Below, one piece after another: positions 53,041 to 64,000 of a DNA stretch of 64,000 nucleotides (position 1 is the first letter of the stretch; each line of letters begins with the position of its first letter). Source of the DNA: Octopus vulgaris (taxonomy: Eukaryota); contig OX597826.1 in NCBI GenBank assembly GCA_951406725.2, positions 28,210,001-28,274,000 of the forward strand, in the 5' to 3' direction. The notes below the pieces were generated by a model. It did no database searches. It saw nothing but the letters and a program-made list of their open reading frames with translations, and was not told the origin of the DNA. The position numbers and the translations under genes are program-made.

Positions 53041-53149
53041 GAAGGATTAAAAGAATACAATGAATGAAAGAATAAAAGAATACAAACATACACACACACA
53101 TATACGCCTAATGTATGCATATGTGTATATATATATAAGGATGTGTAGA

Positions 53150-53470
53150 GGCGCAATGGCTCAGGGGTTAGGGCAGCGGACTCCCAGACCGGGCGTTGTG
53201 AGTGTTTATTGAGGCTCCGGCAGGGGATAGTGGCGAATCCTGCTGTACTCTTCCACCACAACTTTCTCTCACTCTTCCTGTTTCTCTTTTGCCTGTATTT
53301 CAAAGGGCCAGCCTTGTCACACTCTGTATCACGCTGAATCTTCCCGAGAACTACGTTAAGGGTACACGTGTCTGTGGAGTGTTCAGCCACTTGCACGTTA
53401 ATTTCACGAACAGGCTGTTCCGTTCATCGGATCAACTAGAACCCTCGTCGTCGTAACCGACGGAGTGCCA
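53150..53470 (+). mobile_element. SINE family C with ~14 bp TSD
   Basis: tataaggatgtgta (53134-53147) / tataaggatgtata (53476-53489). Confidence 0.9.
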
Positions 53471-53492
53471 CGAGTTATAAGGATGTATAATA

Positions 53493-54059
53493 TTGGGTTG
53501 TCCGGAAAGTTCATGCCGCTATTAAAAGGAAACGAAAAGGTCAATAAATACCTGCCATTACATTTTTAATCAACCAAATATGAACCATTTTGTTGCACAA
53601 TGCGTCTCCATCTTTCCTTTAACTTGAAAATACCCTCTTCCCAGAATTGAGGTGGTTTCATGGCAAAGAATTCATCATGGTATCTTTTTACGTCATCCAA
53701 GGAATTGAAATTTTTACCATTAAGACTATTCTGCAGAGACCTGAGTAAGTGGAAATCCAAAGGAGCAATATCTGGTGAATATGGAGGGTGGGGGTAACAC
53801 ATCCCAGCTGAGCTGCAGCAATTTTTGCCTGGTTCCTAAAGCATCAAGTGCCGAAAATGAACTTTCTTATCTTCCATTTTAAAGGGTTACAGAATTAACG
53901 CAGGTTATAGGAACATAAACCTTCTTCCGCGAAAAGACAGCTTAAACTGTGCTCTAAATGGAGGTGTAGTAAAATCCTTTTTTATGAACTCAACCATGTT
54001 CTAATATAAGTCGAAATGTAAGCTACTATAAATGGGCACGAACTTTCCGGACAACCCAA
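53493..54059 (-). mobile_element. Internally deleted mariner with intact TIRs and TA TSD
   Basis: TA-TTGGGTTGTCCGGAAAGTTCATGCC ... GGCACGAACTTTCCGGACAACCCAA-TA; ORF 53566..53802 has HPPYSPDIAPLDFHLLRSL (YSPDLAP.D motif). Confidence 0.95.
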
Positions 54060-54274
54060 TACATACGTATTTTATAAAAAAAAAATGTGTATTATATGTA
54101 TATTATGTACAATGTCTTTATATACAGTTATCTATATATGCGTAACGTAGCTAGTGTGCCGCCCGGGGCGGACCACCCCTACCGCCTCCCCCACTACATA
54201 CGGTAGTGCATGGGTATATATGTATATGAGTGTATGTTTGTACGTATATGTATATTCACACACAGACATATTTT

Positions 54275-54480
54275 ATTATTTTACTTGTTTCAGTCATTTG
54301 ACTGCGGCCATACTGTATCATCGCCTTGAAAGGTTTTAGTTGAATAAATCGACTTCAAGATTTATTTGTTGAGCCTTGTACTTATTCTATCAGCATCTTT
54401 TGCCGAACCGCTAAGTTACGGGGACGTAAACACACCGGTTGTCAAGTGATGGTGGGAGGACAAGAACAAAGGCACAAATA
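54275..54480 (-). mobile_element. SINE family A 3' half
   Basis: ttacttgtttcagtcatttgactgcggcca...gccgaaccgctaagttacggggacgtaaac. Confidence 0.85.
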
Positions 54481-54489
54481 CACACCTCT

Positions 54490-54740
54490 ATTGGCCCTGC
54501 TCTCTTCATCACCGTGCCAGACACACATAAAGGAGGAAAGTGACTTCACAGCATTCAAATGATCCCTAGATGATTACTCACAACAAATACCAGATAAACC
54601 ACCCACACCCAGATATGTCTCTGAAAACAATAACCCTCTGCTTGAACGGGCTACGTTTCCCTAGAGCTGACTGTGGTGCTATTAAATTAGACATGGCCTG
54701 AGTCAAATTCGGCCAAGACTTATCTAAATAATCTAATCTA
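54490..54740 (+). pseudogene. CR1-group LINE 3' end of a second, older subfamily
   Basis: GPALF...FK*SLDDY..QIPDKP....NPLLE parallels GPQLFN...[16 protein letters not shown]...NSLLDQ; different tail (atctaat repeats). Confidence 0.65.
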
Positions 54741-55547
54741 TGCTGTAACCTTTTAATCAAAGCATGACAACGCGGGTAGAGGCTGATATCTTAACATTTC
54801 TGATGGTCTTGAGTATAAAAGAAATTATTAAAGATTTATATAGAACTACATTCAGAGTATGTCTATAAGTTATTGTGTTTAGACCTGGTTTCTATCCTCA
54901 AACTGTTCCGTTTTGTAGATGCAATTTTTTTTTAATAAAGCACTCCGAAATTAGAAAAATAAAAAATCTGCAACAATTTCGGTCCCATGAGAATCAGATA
55001 ATGGATGTTCAACTGTGTAAAGAAACTGATTGTGGGGATCGTAGTTTTGATGGTGATTGTTGTGAAAGCAGAGACAGTGTTGATGATGACGATGGTCGAG
55101 ATAAGTATGGGAGGAGGATAAAATAGTACCGGTGGTTATAATGGCGACAGGAGTGGTGTGTTGTGTGATGCTGAAGTGATGGTGGTAATAATGGTGTTGA
55201 TGATAGTGTTAGTTGTGTGATGGTGGTATTGTAGTGGTTATACTGGTTGTGATGGTGAAAGTGGCTGTCGAGGTAACCGTCATGATAACGTTGATGACGA
55301 TGTATGTGGTTGAAGTGGAAGCAATGACACTGCTGCTGATGATGTTGGTGGTTGTGGTGATTGTGATATGGTGGTAGTGGTGGTGGTCGTCGTAGTGCTG
55401 CTCCTGCTGGTTTGGTGGAGGTCTGCACTCTCCGAGTGCTTTTCTAGTTGAACCTGTGGGAAGGTACGCTAGATGCCGAAATATTGTTCAACCAATTTCA
55501 CATGATAACTATGGCACACTAATAATAATAATAATAATAATAATAAT

Positions 55548-55700
55548 AGAAGTGAACTAGAACCAGTGTGTGTGTTTATTATTGGCATAATGGCTTTCCC
55601 GAGATACAACGAAATCTAGAAACACAGGCTGGCTGCCCGCTACTCGAGAACATTGATATGAAAGTTGTTTGGAGGAGCCATCTTCCTGAGCCTCCCAATA

Positions 55701-55739
<39 letters not shown>

Positions 55740-56005
55740 GAAGTGAACTGGGACCAGTGCATGTGTTTATTATTGGCGTATTGACCTTCCCAAGATACAA
55801 CAAAATCTGTTTCAACACACGAGTTCACATCAAGAATCTTGCAAACTAAAAAGAAGTCGAAATATATAAAAGTCTGCTTAGACAAGTGAGGAAGATGTTA
55901 AACAAGAGGGGAACCAGAAGGCAGCACTGCCTCACTTCAAGTAAGACATCTTCACGCTATCAACAAGTCGAACAATCAACTCGGTATGGAAATGGTGCAT
56001 ATTTT
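55548..56005 (-). mobile_element. Two tandem retroelement 3' ends with (TAT)n tails plus an RTE-like RT fragment
   Basis: agaagtgaact.g.accagtg duplicated at 55548 and 55739; minus 55865-55935 gives VRQCCLLVPLLFNIFL (GVRQGC.LAP.LFN motif). Confidence 0.55.
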
Positions 56006-56797
56006 TAACACACACACACACACAAACACAAATCTGCATAATTATGACAATTACATATAACACACATAAATATATACAATTATGGCAATTACGAACACAC
56101 GCATACACACACACACACACGCATTACACATATCGACACAATTATTCTACAGACTATATCCTGCCTATAGCTAGGCACGGCCCCAAGTTATGACGTATGT
56201 TTCAGTGCGTGTCCGTGTGTGTGTCCGTGTGTGTGTGTGTGTGTGTGTGTAGTTGTTTTTTGTGTATGGGACTGTGTCTGTGATTCAAATGTGTATGCGT
56301 ATACCTACATATATTACCTTTTGCTAGTGTTTCTGCTCTCTTCAGTACAGACGTAAACGTGTGTGTGTGTTTTAGCGTGCGCCTGCATAAATGTAATCTC
56401 CATTAAAAGAGAAAAGAAATTACCAGGAATTACAGCTGCTTCCAATACCATTTTACGATTCCTCAAAATAATCGTCTTCGGCAGAAGAATACCAAAGGTC
56501 AAAATATTTAATTTTCGTGAAAAGGTCATAATTTTCGGGTAGGTTGGGGGGAAGGAATGAGATTAAATAGAAATAAAGATCGGAGTCAAAGAAATTAGGA
56601 GAGAAAATAAGAACTAATATTAATATTCAATGTGTATTTCTGTGTAAGAGAAGGAAACTCGGCTGAAAGTGTAAAGCGCTGAACTCGATAAATAGCTTAA
56701 GATGGGTTCTTTTAAAGCACAGCTCTAGATGTTGGGGTTCGTTCTTTACCTCTTTATATATACATACACACACATATTATATACACTAACGCATGTG

Positions 56798-56841
<44 letters not shown>

Positions 56842-56884
56842 TACGTACTATATACACGCGCGCATATATGTGTACTTGTATATA

Positions 56885-57075
56885 CTCTCACTTGTATCAG
56901 TCATTTGACTGCGGCCATGCTGAAGCACCGCCTTTAGTCGAGCAAATCAACCCCAAGGACTTATTCTTTGGAAGCCTAGTACTTATTCTATCGGTCTCTT
57001 CTGCCGAACCGCTAAGTTACAGGGGCGTAAACACACCTCCATCAGTTGTCAAGTGATGTTGGGGGGACAGACACA

Positions 57076-57137
<62 letters not shown>

Positions 57138-57234
57138 CGACAGGCTTCTTTCAGTTTCCATCTACAAAATCCACTCACAAGGCTTTGGTTGGCCTGAGTC
57201 TATAGTAGAAGACACTTGCCCAAGGTGCCACGCA
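56885..57234 (-). mobile_element. SINE family A
   Basis: Tail at 56885, internal (CA)n(TA)n, gacacttgcccaaggtgccacgcag. Confidence 0.88.
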
Positions 57235-57372
57235 GATGTATTAGTTTAACGCTCTGGAAGTGAGAAAGTCTTTTACGTTTCGAGCCTACGCGCTTCAACA
57301 GAAACGAACACAGAAAGAAACAGGGAGAGAAAATAGAAAAAAGGTTTAGTGGCTAGCAATCTATCATGGCGA
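57235..57372 (-). mobile_element. Short repeat with a variant hammerhead-like motif (copy 3 of 3)
   Basis: Minus 57270-57304: ttt-CTGTTGAA-gcgcgtaggctc-GAAACGTA-aaag. Confidence 0.6.
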
Positions 57373-58093
57373 ATATATATATATTTATAAATATAGAGTA
57401 GTGGTATATCAAAGCACCAATATTTACTGGAAATAGCAGTCGATACATTTACGACGCTATAGTAAAGCTTCAATGTGTATTTACTGGCAAAGACGCGTGA
57501 GGGCAGCGAATATAAAATGTTTCGTCTTACCTCTAGGAAGAACATTATATAAATGGACAACCCAGAATCGGATAATCCAGTACCTAGGTTTCGGACACTT
57601 CAAATACGTTTGTCATCGTAAATTTGATTAGCTGGATATACCTGGACAATATTTCAAACTGATGTTGCTACATCAATGCCAGTATACTCGCCTGAACTCT
57701 TAGCCGTTAACAGACCGAGAATAGAGAAAAAATTTTCAATGACAAATAAGACGTTGCTTTCCAGTAAAATAAAGCATCGTAAAGGTAGACGTATAAGTGT
57801 AGAGTAGTGTACAACAAAGCACCTATGTTTACTGGAAATAGCAGTCAATACATTTACGACGCTATAGTAAAGCTTCAATTTGTGTATATATATATTAGAG
57901 GGAAAGGAGTAACAAATACCAAGGCACGACGAGTTGGTTTTACTTGTCCTTTTACCTCTAATATATACCTGCCAACACGGAAGCCTAATAAGGATCTCTA
58001 GCTCCAGTCTCAACTGTAAATTTGGAATCTAATGGATGACCAATTATAGCACTTACCTATTCGTTTAGATCACCAGTGAACTAAAACCTTCAT

Positions 58094-58154
<61 letters not shown>

Positions 58155-58212
58155 TGCCCGAAGTCTTTTGTTCATTTTCGTAAACTTTTGTTCATTTTCG
58201 TAAACTTTCCCG

Positions 58213-58265
<53 letters not shown>

Positions 58266-58339
58266 CACATATAATAGATATTCACAAATGCAATATATAT
58301 ATATATATTACGTGATTGTGTGTGCATATATATAGCATC

Positions 58340-58800
58340 GATTCGGTGATCATGAAACACCGTCTTCGATGATATGTGCTTGTATCAAAAATACAAGAGT
58401 CAAGGTTCCCACGCCGAGTCTTATACAGCGAACTCACTTCATGGAATAGACCACGGGGTTGTCCTCTTCCAAGATACAAGGATCAGCTCAAAACAACACT
58501 GGAAGCCATTGGATTTGAGCCCGAATCGTTTGAAACACATGCCCGAGACCGTACCAAGTGGTGGCGTTACATCACCATCGGAACCAAAAACGTGGAAACC
58601 ACCAGCAGAGAAAAGAAAGAAATCAAGAAATCAAACAACAGGAGGGAAAGGCTTGACAAAATCAACCTGCTCGCCCCCACCAACATTACCATGCAGCCAA
58701 TGGCATCGATTCTTCTGTATAAGAATTGGTCTACAGTCATCAACCCCATCAGCATAAAGGAAGCGTTCAGTGAAGAAGAAACCAAATGATATAAAGCCAG
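58340..58800 (+). pseudogene. RTE (BovB-like) LINE C-terminal fragment
   Basis: RFPRRVLYSEL...RPRGCPLPRYKDQLKTTL...ARDRTKW, plus frameshifted C..C...IGL.SH remnant. Confidence 0.85.
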
Positions 58801-58827
58801 CGACGATGACGATAATTTATAATAATA

Positions 58828-59019
58828 CTTTCTACTAAAGGAACAAGGCCTGGAATTTGGGGTGGGGAGGGGACAAATCAATTTCATCGACCCCCAGTGT
58901 TTGACTAATACTTAATTTATCGACCCTGAAAGTCGGCCTCGGTAGAATTTGAACTCAGAATGACGGGTGAAATACTGCTAACAATTCCGTCCAGCGTGCT
59001 ATTCTGCCAGCTCTTTTCC

Positions 59020-59054
<35 letters not shown>

Positions 59055-59268
59055 CCTTTCTACTATAAGAACAAGGCTTGAAATTTGGGGGGAGGGGGCT
59101 AGTCGATTGTATCGACTCCAGTGTTTCACTGGTACTTAATTTATCGACCCCGAAAGGATGAAAGATGAAGTCGACCTCGGTGGAATTTGAACTCGGTAGG
59201 TAGCGGCGAACGAAATACTGCTAAGCATATCGCCAGCCTGGCGTGCTAACGATGCAGCCAGCTTGCCG
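58828..59268 (-). mobile_element. Two SINE family B copies separated by (TAA)n
   Basis: 58828-59020 and 59054-59268. Confidence 0.87.
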
Positions 59269-60294
59269 TGTGTGTGTATCGCCATGTTACAAGCCTTTAC
59301 AAGAGTCTGTAAAGGCGGTCAACAACCTCCATGCAATCAATAGCAGCTAAACGACACTTCAACCGACTTGAATATGAAACGGTACATTGGATGCGTGTAA
59401 TTCCAGCTGCACATATTAGTAATAATAATAATAATAGTAATAATATAGTAAACAGAATATATGGGGCAGAGTTGAATGGCTTTCTAGAAAGCCATTCCTC
59501 TATGCTTCTTGTTTGCTCAAGACTAGATCTAGGACAAAACTACATCAGCAGCAATATGTACAACAACAACAACACTAGCGCTATGACAACAACAACAACA
59601 ACAAGCAAAATCAAGAGCAACATGAACTACTACTACTACTACCACTGCCACTACTACTGATAACTTTCGGTAATTAATTCTCCTATGAAATGCAAAATGG
59701 CGCGAATATTTAAATGTTTGTACTCAGTCACCGGCCATTAGTTGTAGTTTCGTCCCCTGTTCAACCCTAATTGACCCTATAATTAACCAAACCTATAATT
59801 ATAAATATTCCAGGCATGACCATCCAGTTTATCTTACTTTGTATTTCGGGGTTATTTATTTTTTGCTTATTTTGTTTTGTTTTTTGTGTGTGTTTGTTTG
59901 TTTTTTGTTTTTGTTTCACAGACATTGCATGTCTACATCAGAAAATATATCTTTCATCCCATTTTTTAGTTGTTAGTTGTAAAGTGTAAAACAAGTTAAG
60001 GCGCATGGCTTAGTTGTTAAAGTGTTGCTCCCCAGATCGTAAGAACGTAGTTTCAATTCCCAGACAGGATGTTATGTTTTGTTCTTCAGCAAAACTCTTC
60101 TTTTCGCGTTGCTCCAGTCCAATCAGCTACAGAAGTTAATTCTGCAACATTTCCTAAGATCCTTTAGCAATGCCCATGTTCTGAGCTCTCTGGATGAATT
60201 GTAGTTTCCTTATAGAACCCGAACGTTTAGAATGGAATTTTCGCTTTCATGCAATCGAAACATTCCCGCCAGAGACATTCTCAACTTTTATTCA

Positions 60295-60491
60295 TTTATT
60301 TGTTTCAGTTATCGGACTGCGGCCACTCTGGAACACCGCCTTTAGTCGAGCAAATCGACACCCAGGACTTATTCGCTGTAAGCCTAGTACTTATTCTATC
60401 GGACTCTTTTGCCGAACCGCTGAGTGGCGGGGACGTGAACACACCAACATCTGTTGTCCAGCCATAGGGAGGGAAGAAACGCAGACACACA

Positions 60492-60527
<36 letters not shown>

Positions 60528-60724
60528 TTAATTAATGAGGGTCGAAATTGATATTAATCATTTAAGACCAGTGGCTTAGCATATTTAAAAAATCCGAAGA
60601 TTAAAAATTATATTACATACAAATTAAGAGGAATGAGTACCAAAGTGGTAAGGCGTTTTAACGTCTATCTTTAGCATATTACGAATCCACTTTGGTGGTC
60701 ATTCCTTTCAATTTCTGTGTGTGC

Positions 60725-60768
<44 letters not shown>

Positions 60769-60932
60769 GACAGGCTTCTTTCAGTTTCCGTCTGCCAAAT
60801 CCACTCACAAGAATCCACTTTGGCAGGCCCGCGGCTATAGAAGAAATTTGTTCAAGATCCCACAAAGTGGTACTGAACCCGGAACAATTTAGTTGGTAAG
60901 CAAGCTACTTACCACACAGCCACTCCTGCGCC
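60295..60932 (-). mobile_element. SINE family A split by a ~190 bp insertion in its internal microsatellite
   Basis: 3' half 60295-60495, 5' half 60765-60932 (ends cacacagccactcctgcgcc). Confidence 0.85.
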
Positions 60933-61123
60933 TAGCTACCTACCATACAGCCACTCGTTCAAAAGATCCGGCAACGTTTAAAATGTTTGGAATTACAAAA
61001 TTATTAAGTGTTGCCCATATAGCAACAATGACTGCAGGTTTTTCTATTTCTTGTTTTAGCATTTTATCTGTCAGAGAATCTGAAAACAATAAAATCCTTG
61101 TAATTGGTTTGAAGAAAGTAATA

Positions 61124-61160
61124 GGCGCAGGAGTGGCTGTGTGGTAAGTAGCTTCTTACC
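61124..61160 (+). mobile_element. SINE family A, first 37 bp (left of the insertion)
   Basis: ggcgcaggagtggctgtgtggtaagtagcttcttacc matches the head of the 60932 copy. Confidence 0.88.
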
Positions 61161-63360
61161 AGACAGACGTGTCGTTTTTTGCTCCTGCAAATGTCACGTG
61201 TTTGAACGTGAAATGTTGAACTTTTGACTCGGTGACAGGTAAGACGTTCTGTATTTTTAGAAGCATAGTGAAGTTTATTGCTTGCTTAATGTTATTTAGC
61301 AGTTAACGTTATCTAGCATTAATATTTTTTTGCGGGTAATAGACTTCACTTTACTTCAGATATATTTCTCTGCCTGTTGTCGTGTCTAAGGTCTCACTCT
61401 TTAGTGAGAATTGTGCTTTTTGAGGAGGCGTAGCCCCTCCGCAAAAATTAATTTGTTTGCTTGTGTTTTACTACTTCGCAAGAAAATTATAAAAATAAGC
61501 CACTATTGGATTACCTTTCGGACCCATTTTTGTGGAGGTTGTGTTGCAGTTGCGGCGTTCCAGGTTCAACCCAGGCCGAGAGTACCGCAAGGCCAGAATA
61601 TTTTTGCTGTGTTTTTTCTGTTTATTAACTTTCTTTTGAACTTCATTTAACCCCCCCCTTTTTTTTTTTTTCTTTATTGCGACTTTCCGTTAATTTCTTC
61701 CCTTCTGTTGTGCTTTCTCCTTTTTGTTTTTTCAAAAATCTATCAAATTTTATTTAGACTTTTGAACTTTTTTCTTCCTGCTTTTGAGTTTAATTTGAAT
61801 ATATTTTTAAAAAAACATGGCAATGAAAAATAACAAAATTTTGGAGTGGGAAATCATACCACCCAAAAAGTGGTTAAAAGACCGTGAAGATAGGACGGTG
61901 GTGTTGAGAACCTACTTCAAGGCACTTGACACCATCGCCCTATTCGAAAAGACGGCAATTGAGGAGGAGTTGGAAGAGTATTTGCCAACAATTAAATTCA
62001 TTTCCAGGGGTGTCAAATATGCAACGGTGTGGTTGCTATTTGACACCCCTGAAGAGGCTTGCATATTTGCTAGCAAACCCTTGGAGGGTAAGGAAATCTT
62101 ATTCCTGCCCACGTACAAAAAAAAGAAATTGATGAAAGCTTGGATCTGCGGACTGCCACCCGACATAGAACCCGAGTGGATAGAGGAGACTATCCGCCGG
62201 GGTCTGGGTGACAGCGAAACTAAGCTCCTCAATGTAAAAGTTCTTCCTGCGGCTGCTTGGGTTGGGTCGAAAGCAATTTTGACTCTGTGGACACAATCAG
62301 CCAATCTGGTTCTTCCAGATTTTTTGAAAATGGCCGGGTGCAGGTACCCGGTGATGCTTGAGGGTCGCCCCCCTAAGTGTCATCGGTGCTTGGAGTCCGG
62401 CCACATAAAGAAGAACTGTCCTCGGGAACAAAATAGGATCCCGGAACAGTTAAGTAAAACCCCTCTAGAAGAGGGAACGATAACGGCCGAGAAAGCAGAG
62501 GACTCCTCAAACAGAGGCCGAAAGAGGAAGGTGAGCAACAATGGGTGCTCACCAAAGGATAATAGGGATGAGGAGAGGAAGGCGAATCTTCCAGCCACGG
62601 AGGAGACGCACCCTCCCTCAGTTGAAAAGGGAAAAAAAAAAGAAAAAGAGGAAGAAAAACGGGACATTACCGGCTGTCAGTGTAGCACCGGAATGTTGCG
62701 GAACTACGTCGGTTGGGGTTATGCCACCGACAAGAGAAGGAATACCGTTGGCGGAAACTGTGCCGCCAACGAAAGAACTAAATGTGTTGGTCCTCTTCTA
62801 TAGAGGAGGAGAAATTGAAAAAGTGATGGAAGAGCACTACAAGGGAGCACCTTTAGCCTTCACACAGGACCCCGAATGGCCTCCGCAGGTAGCTGTGGAG
62901 GCCGTGGCGTTCGACGTGACGCTAGGGCTAAAGGAGCTCAACGAAGATTATAACTTGGTCCCGGGCGACGCGAACTCGGAACTTGACTACGTTCTGAGGG
63001 AGGCGTGGTTGATGGTGGAGGGCGCGGGCACAAGCTATTTCGAGGACGATATGTATTATTAGTAATGGACTTAAGTCCAAAAATTGAAAAATTGTAAGAG
63101 GATTAATACCTCGTTTTGTATTAATAATGGACTGCTAAGCCCAAAAATTGGGAAAAATTGTAAGAGGTTTTATACCTCGTTTTGTGTTTATCTTTTTAAA
63201 AAGAACAATGTTTTAGAGAAGCAAAAGTCGGCGGGCGCTTTCTGTCTTCTCCCATCCTTATCATCTTTCTTTCATTATCATTCACTTCATTAATGTCCTC
63301 GTCCAGCCCGCAAAGCTAACTTAATCTGTGTACTGCCTTTATGGCAAATGTTTTGAAATA
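61161..63360 (+). mobile_element. ORF1-only non-autonomous L1/Tx1-type retroelement (HAL1-like), 2.2 kb, with ~16 bp TSD
   Basis: T-rich 5'UTR, single ORF1, 300 bp 3'UTR ending at AATAAA; flanks aagtagctt-cttacc (61146-61160) / aagtagcttgtttgac (63361-63376); no APE or RT. Confidence 0.82.
61817..63062 (+). CDS. ORF1-like protein (~414 aa if one A is removed from the A10 run at 62632-62641): RRM-like region, CCHC knuckle, basic linker, acidic C-terminal domain
   Basis: CHRCLESGHIKKNC = CX2CX4HX4C; ORFs 61817..62803 and 62541..63062 differ by a +1 frame and join at the A run. Confidence 0.8.
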
Positions 63361-63712
63361 AAGTAGCTTGTTTGACAACCACATTGTTCCAGGTTCAGCC
63401 CCACTGCGTGGAACCTTGGGCAAGTATCTTCTACTGTAGTCTCGGGCTGACCAAAGCCTTCTGAGTGGGTTTGGTAGACGGAAACTGAAAGAAGCCCGTC
63501 GTATATATATATATATATATATGTGTGTTCTCACCAACATCACTTGATAACCGATGCTGGTGTATTTACGTCCCCGTAACCTAGCGATTCGGCAAAAGGG
63601 ACCGATAGAATAAGTACTAGGCTTACAAAGAATAAGTCCTGGAGTTGATTCGTTCGACTAAAGGCGGTGCTTCATCATGGCTGCAGTCAAATGACTGAAA
63701 CAAATAAAAGAA
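63361..63712 (+). mobile_element. SINE family A, remainder (right of the insertion)
   Basis: Resumes aagtagcttg..caaccacattgttccaggttcagcccc and runs to gactgaaacaaataaaagaata. Confidence 0.92.
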
Positions 63713-64000
63713 TATATATATATATATATATATATGCATATATGGGTACAGGACGTCACCACCAGTAAACAACATGAAATACGAAAACAAATGAGTTCAA
63801 TACGCAAAAAACAAGAGAAACAAATGGAAAGCAGCACAAATAACACAAAGAACGGCCCTTAATCAGTTGTCGGCTGTCTACTCCTCACTTCGAGTATATG
63901 AGTCTTCAAAGACAGTTGGTCCCACAAATACCAAAATAAAATTTTAGATTTATAGAGGGTCAAAGTTAATAACAAAAACAGGAGAGTGGAGACGTACAGG

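Noticed and set aside
62628-62641. G_GGA_AAA slippery site suggesting programmed -1 frameshifting
   Set aside because: The downstream ORF is in the +1 frame, not -1; a single-base indel in the A run explains it.

Overview
Gene-poor, repeat-saturated eukaryotic DNA. The SINE families and the extreme (TA)n/(CA)n/(TAA)n/(GA)n load suggest a coleoid cephalopod, probably Octopus; this is inferred from memory of repeat families, not searched. Almost all listed ORFs are microsatellite artefacts. Real coding content is transposon-derived: (i) a near full-length 4.3 kb CR1-group LINE (16695-21008, minus) with an unusual Myb/SANT-like + CCCH ORF1, whose 3' tail is shared with the most abundant SINE; (ii) two homologous L1/Tx1-type ORF1 elements, one followed by the start of an APE ORF2 and cut off at its 3' side (11323-13480, minus), the other an apparently complete 2.2 kb ORF1-only element (61161-63360, plus) inserted with a ~16 bp target-site duplication into the tRNA-like head of that SINE; (iii) fragments of Dong/R4, HERO, RTE and mariner elements. 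Non-coding structure includes three tRNA-derived SINE families, a 1.35 kb palindrome with a minimal hammerhead ribozyme in each arm, several other hammerhead-like motifs in Penelope-like repeats, foldback/MITE-like palindromes, a ~147 bp tandem repeat and a 21 bp minisatellite. No host gene can be assembled; only a few weak candidate exons are visible.
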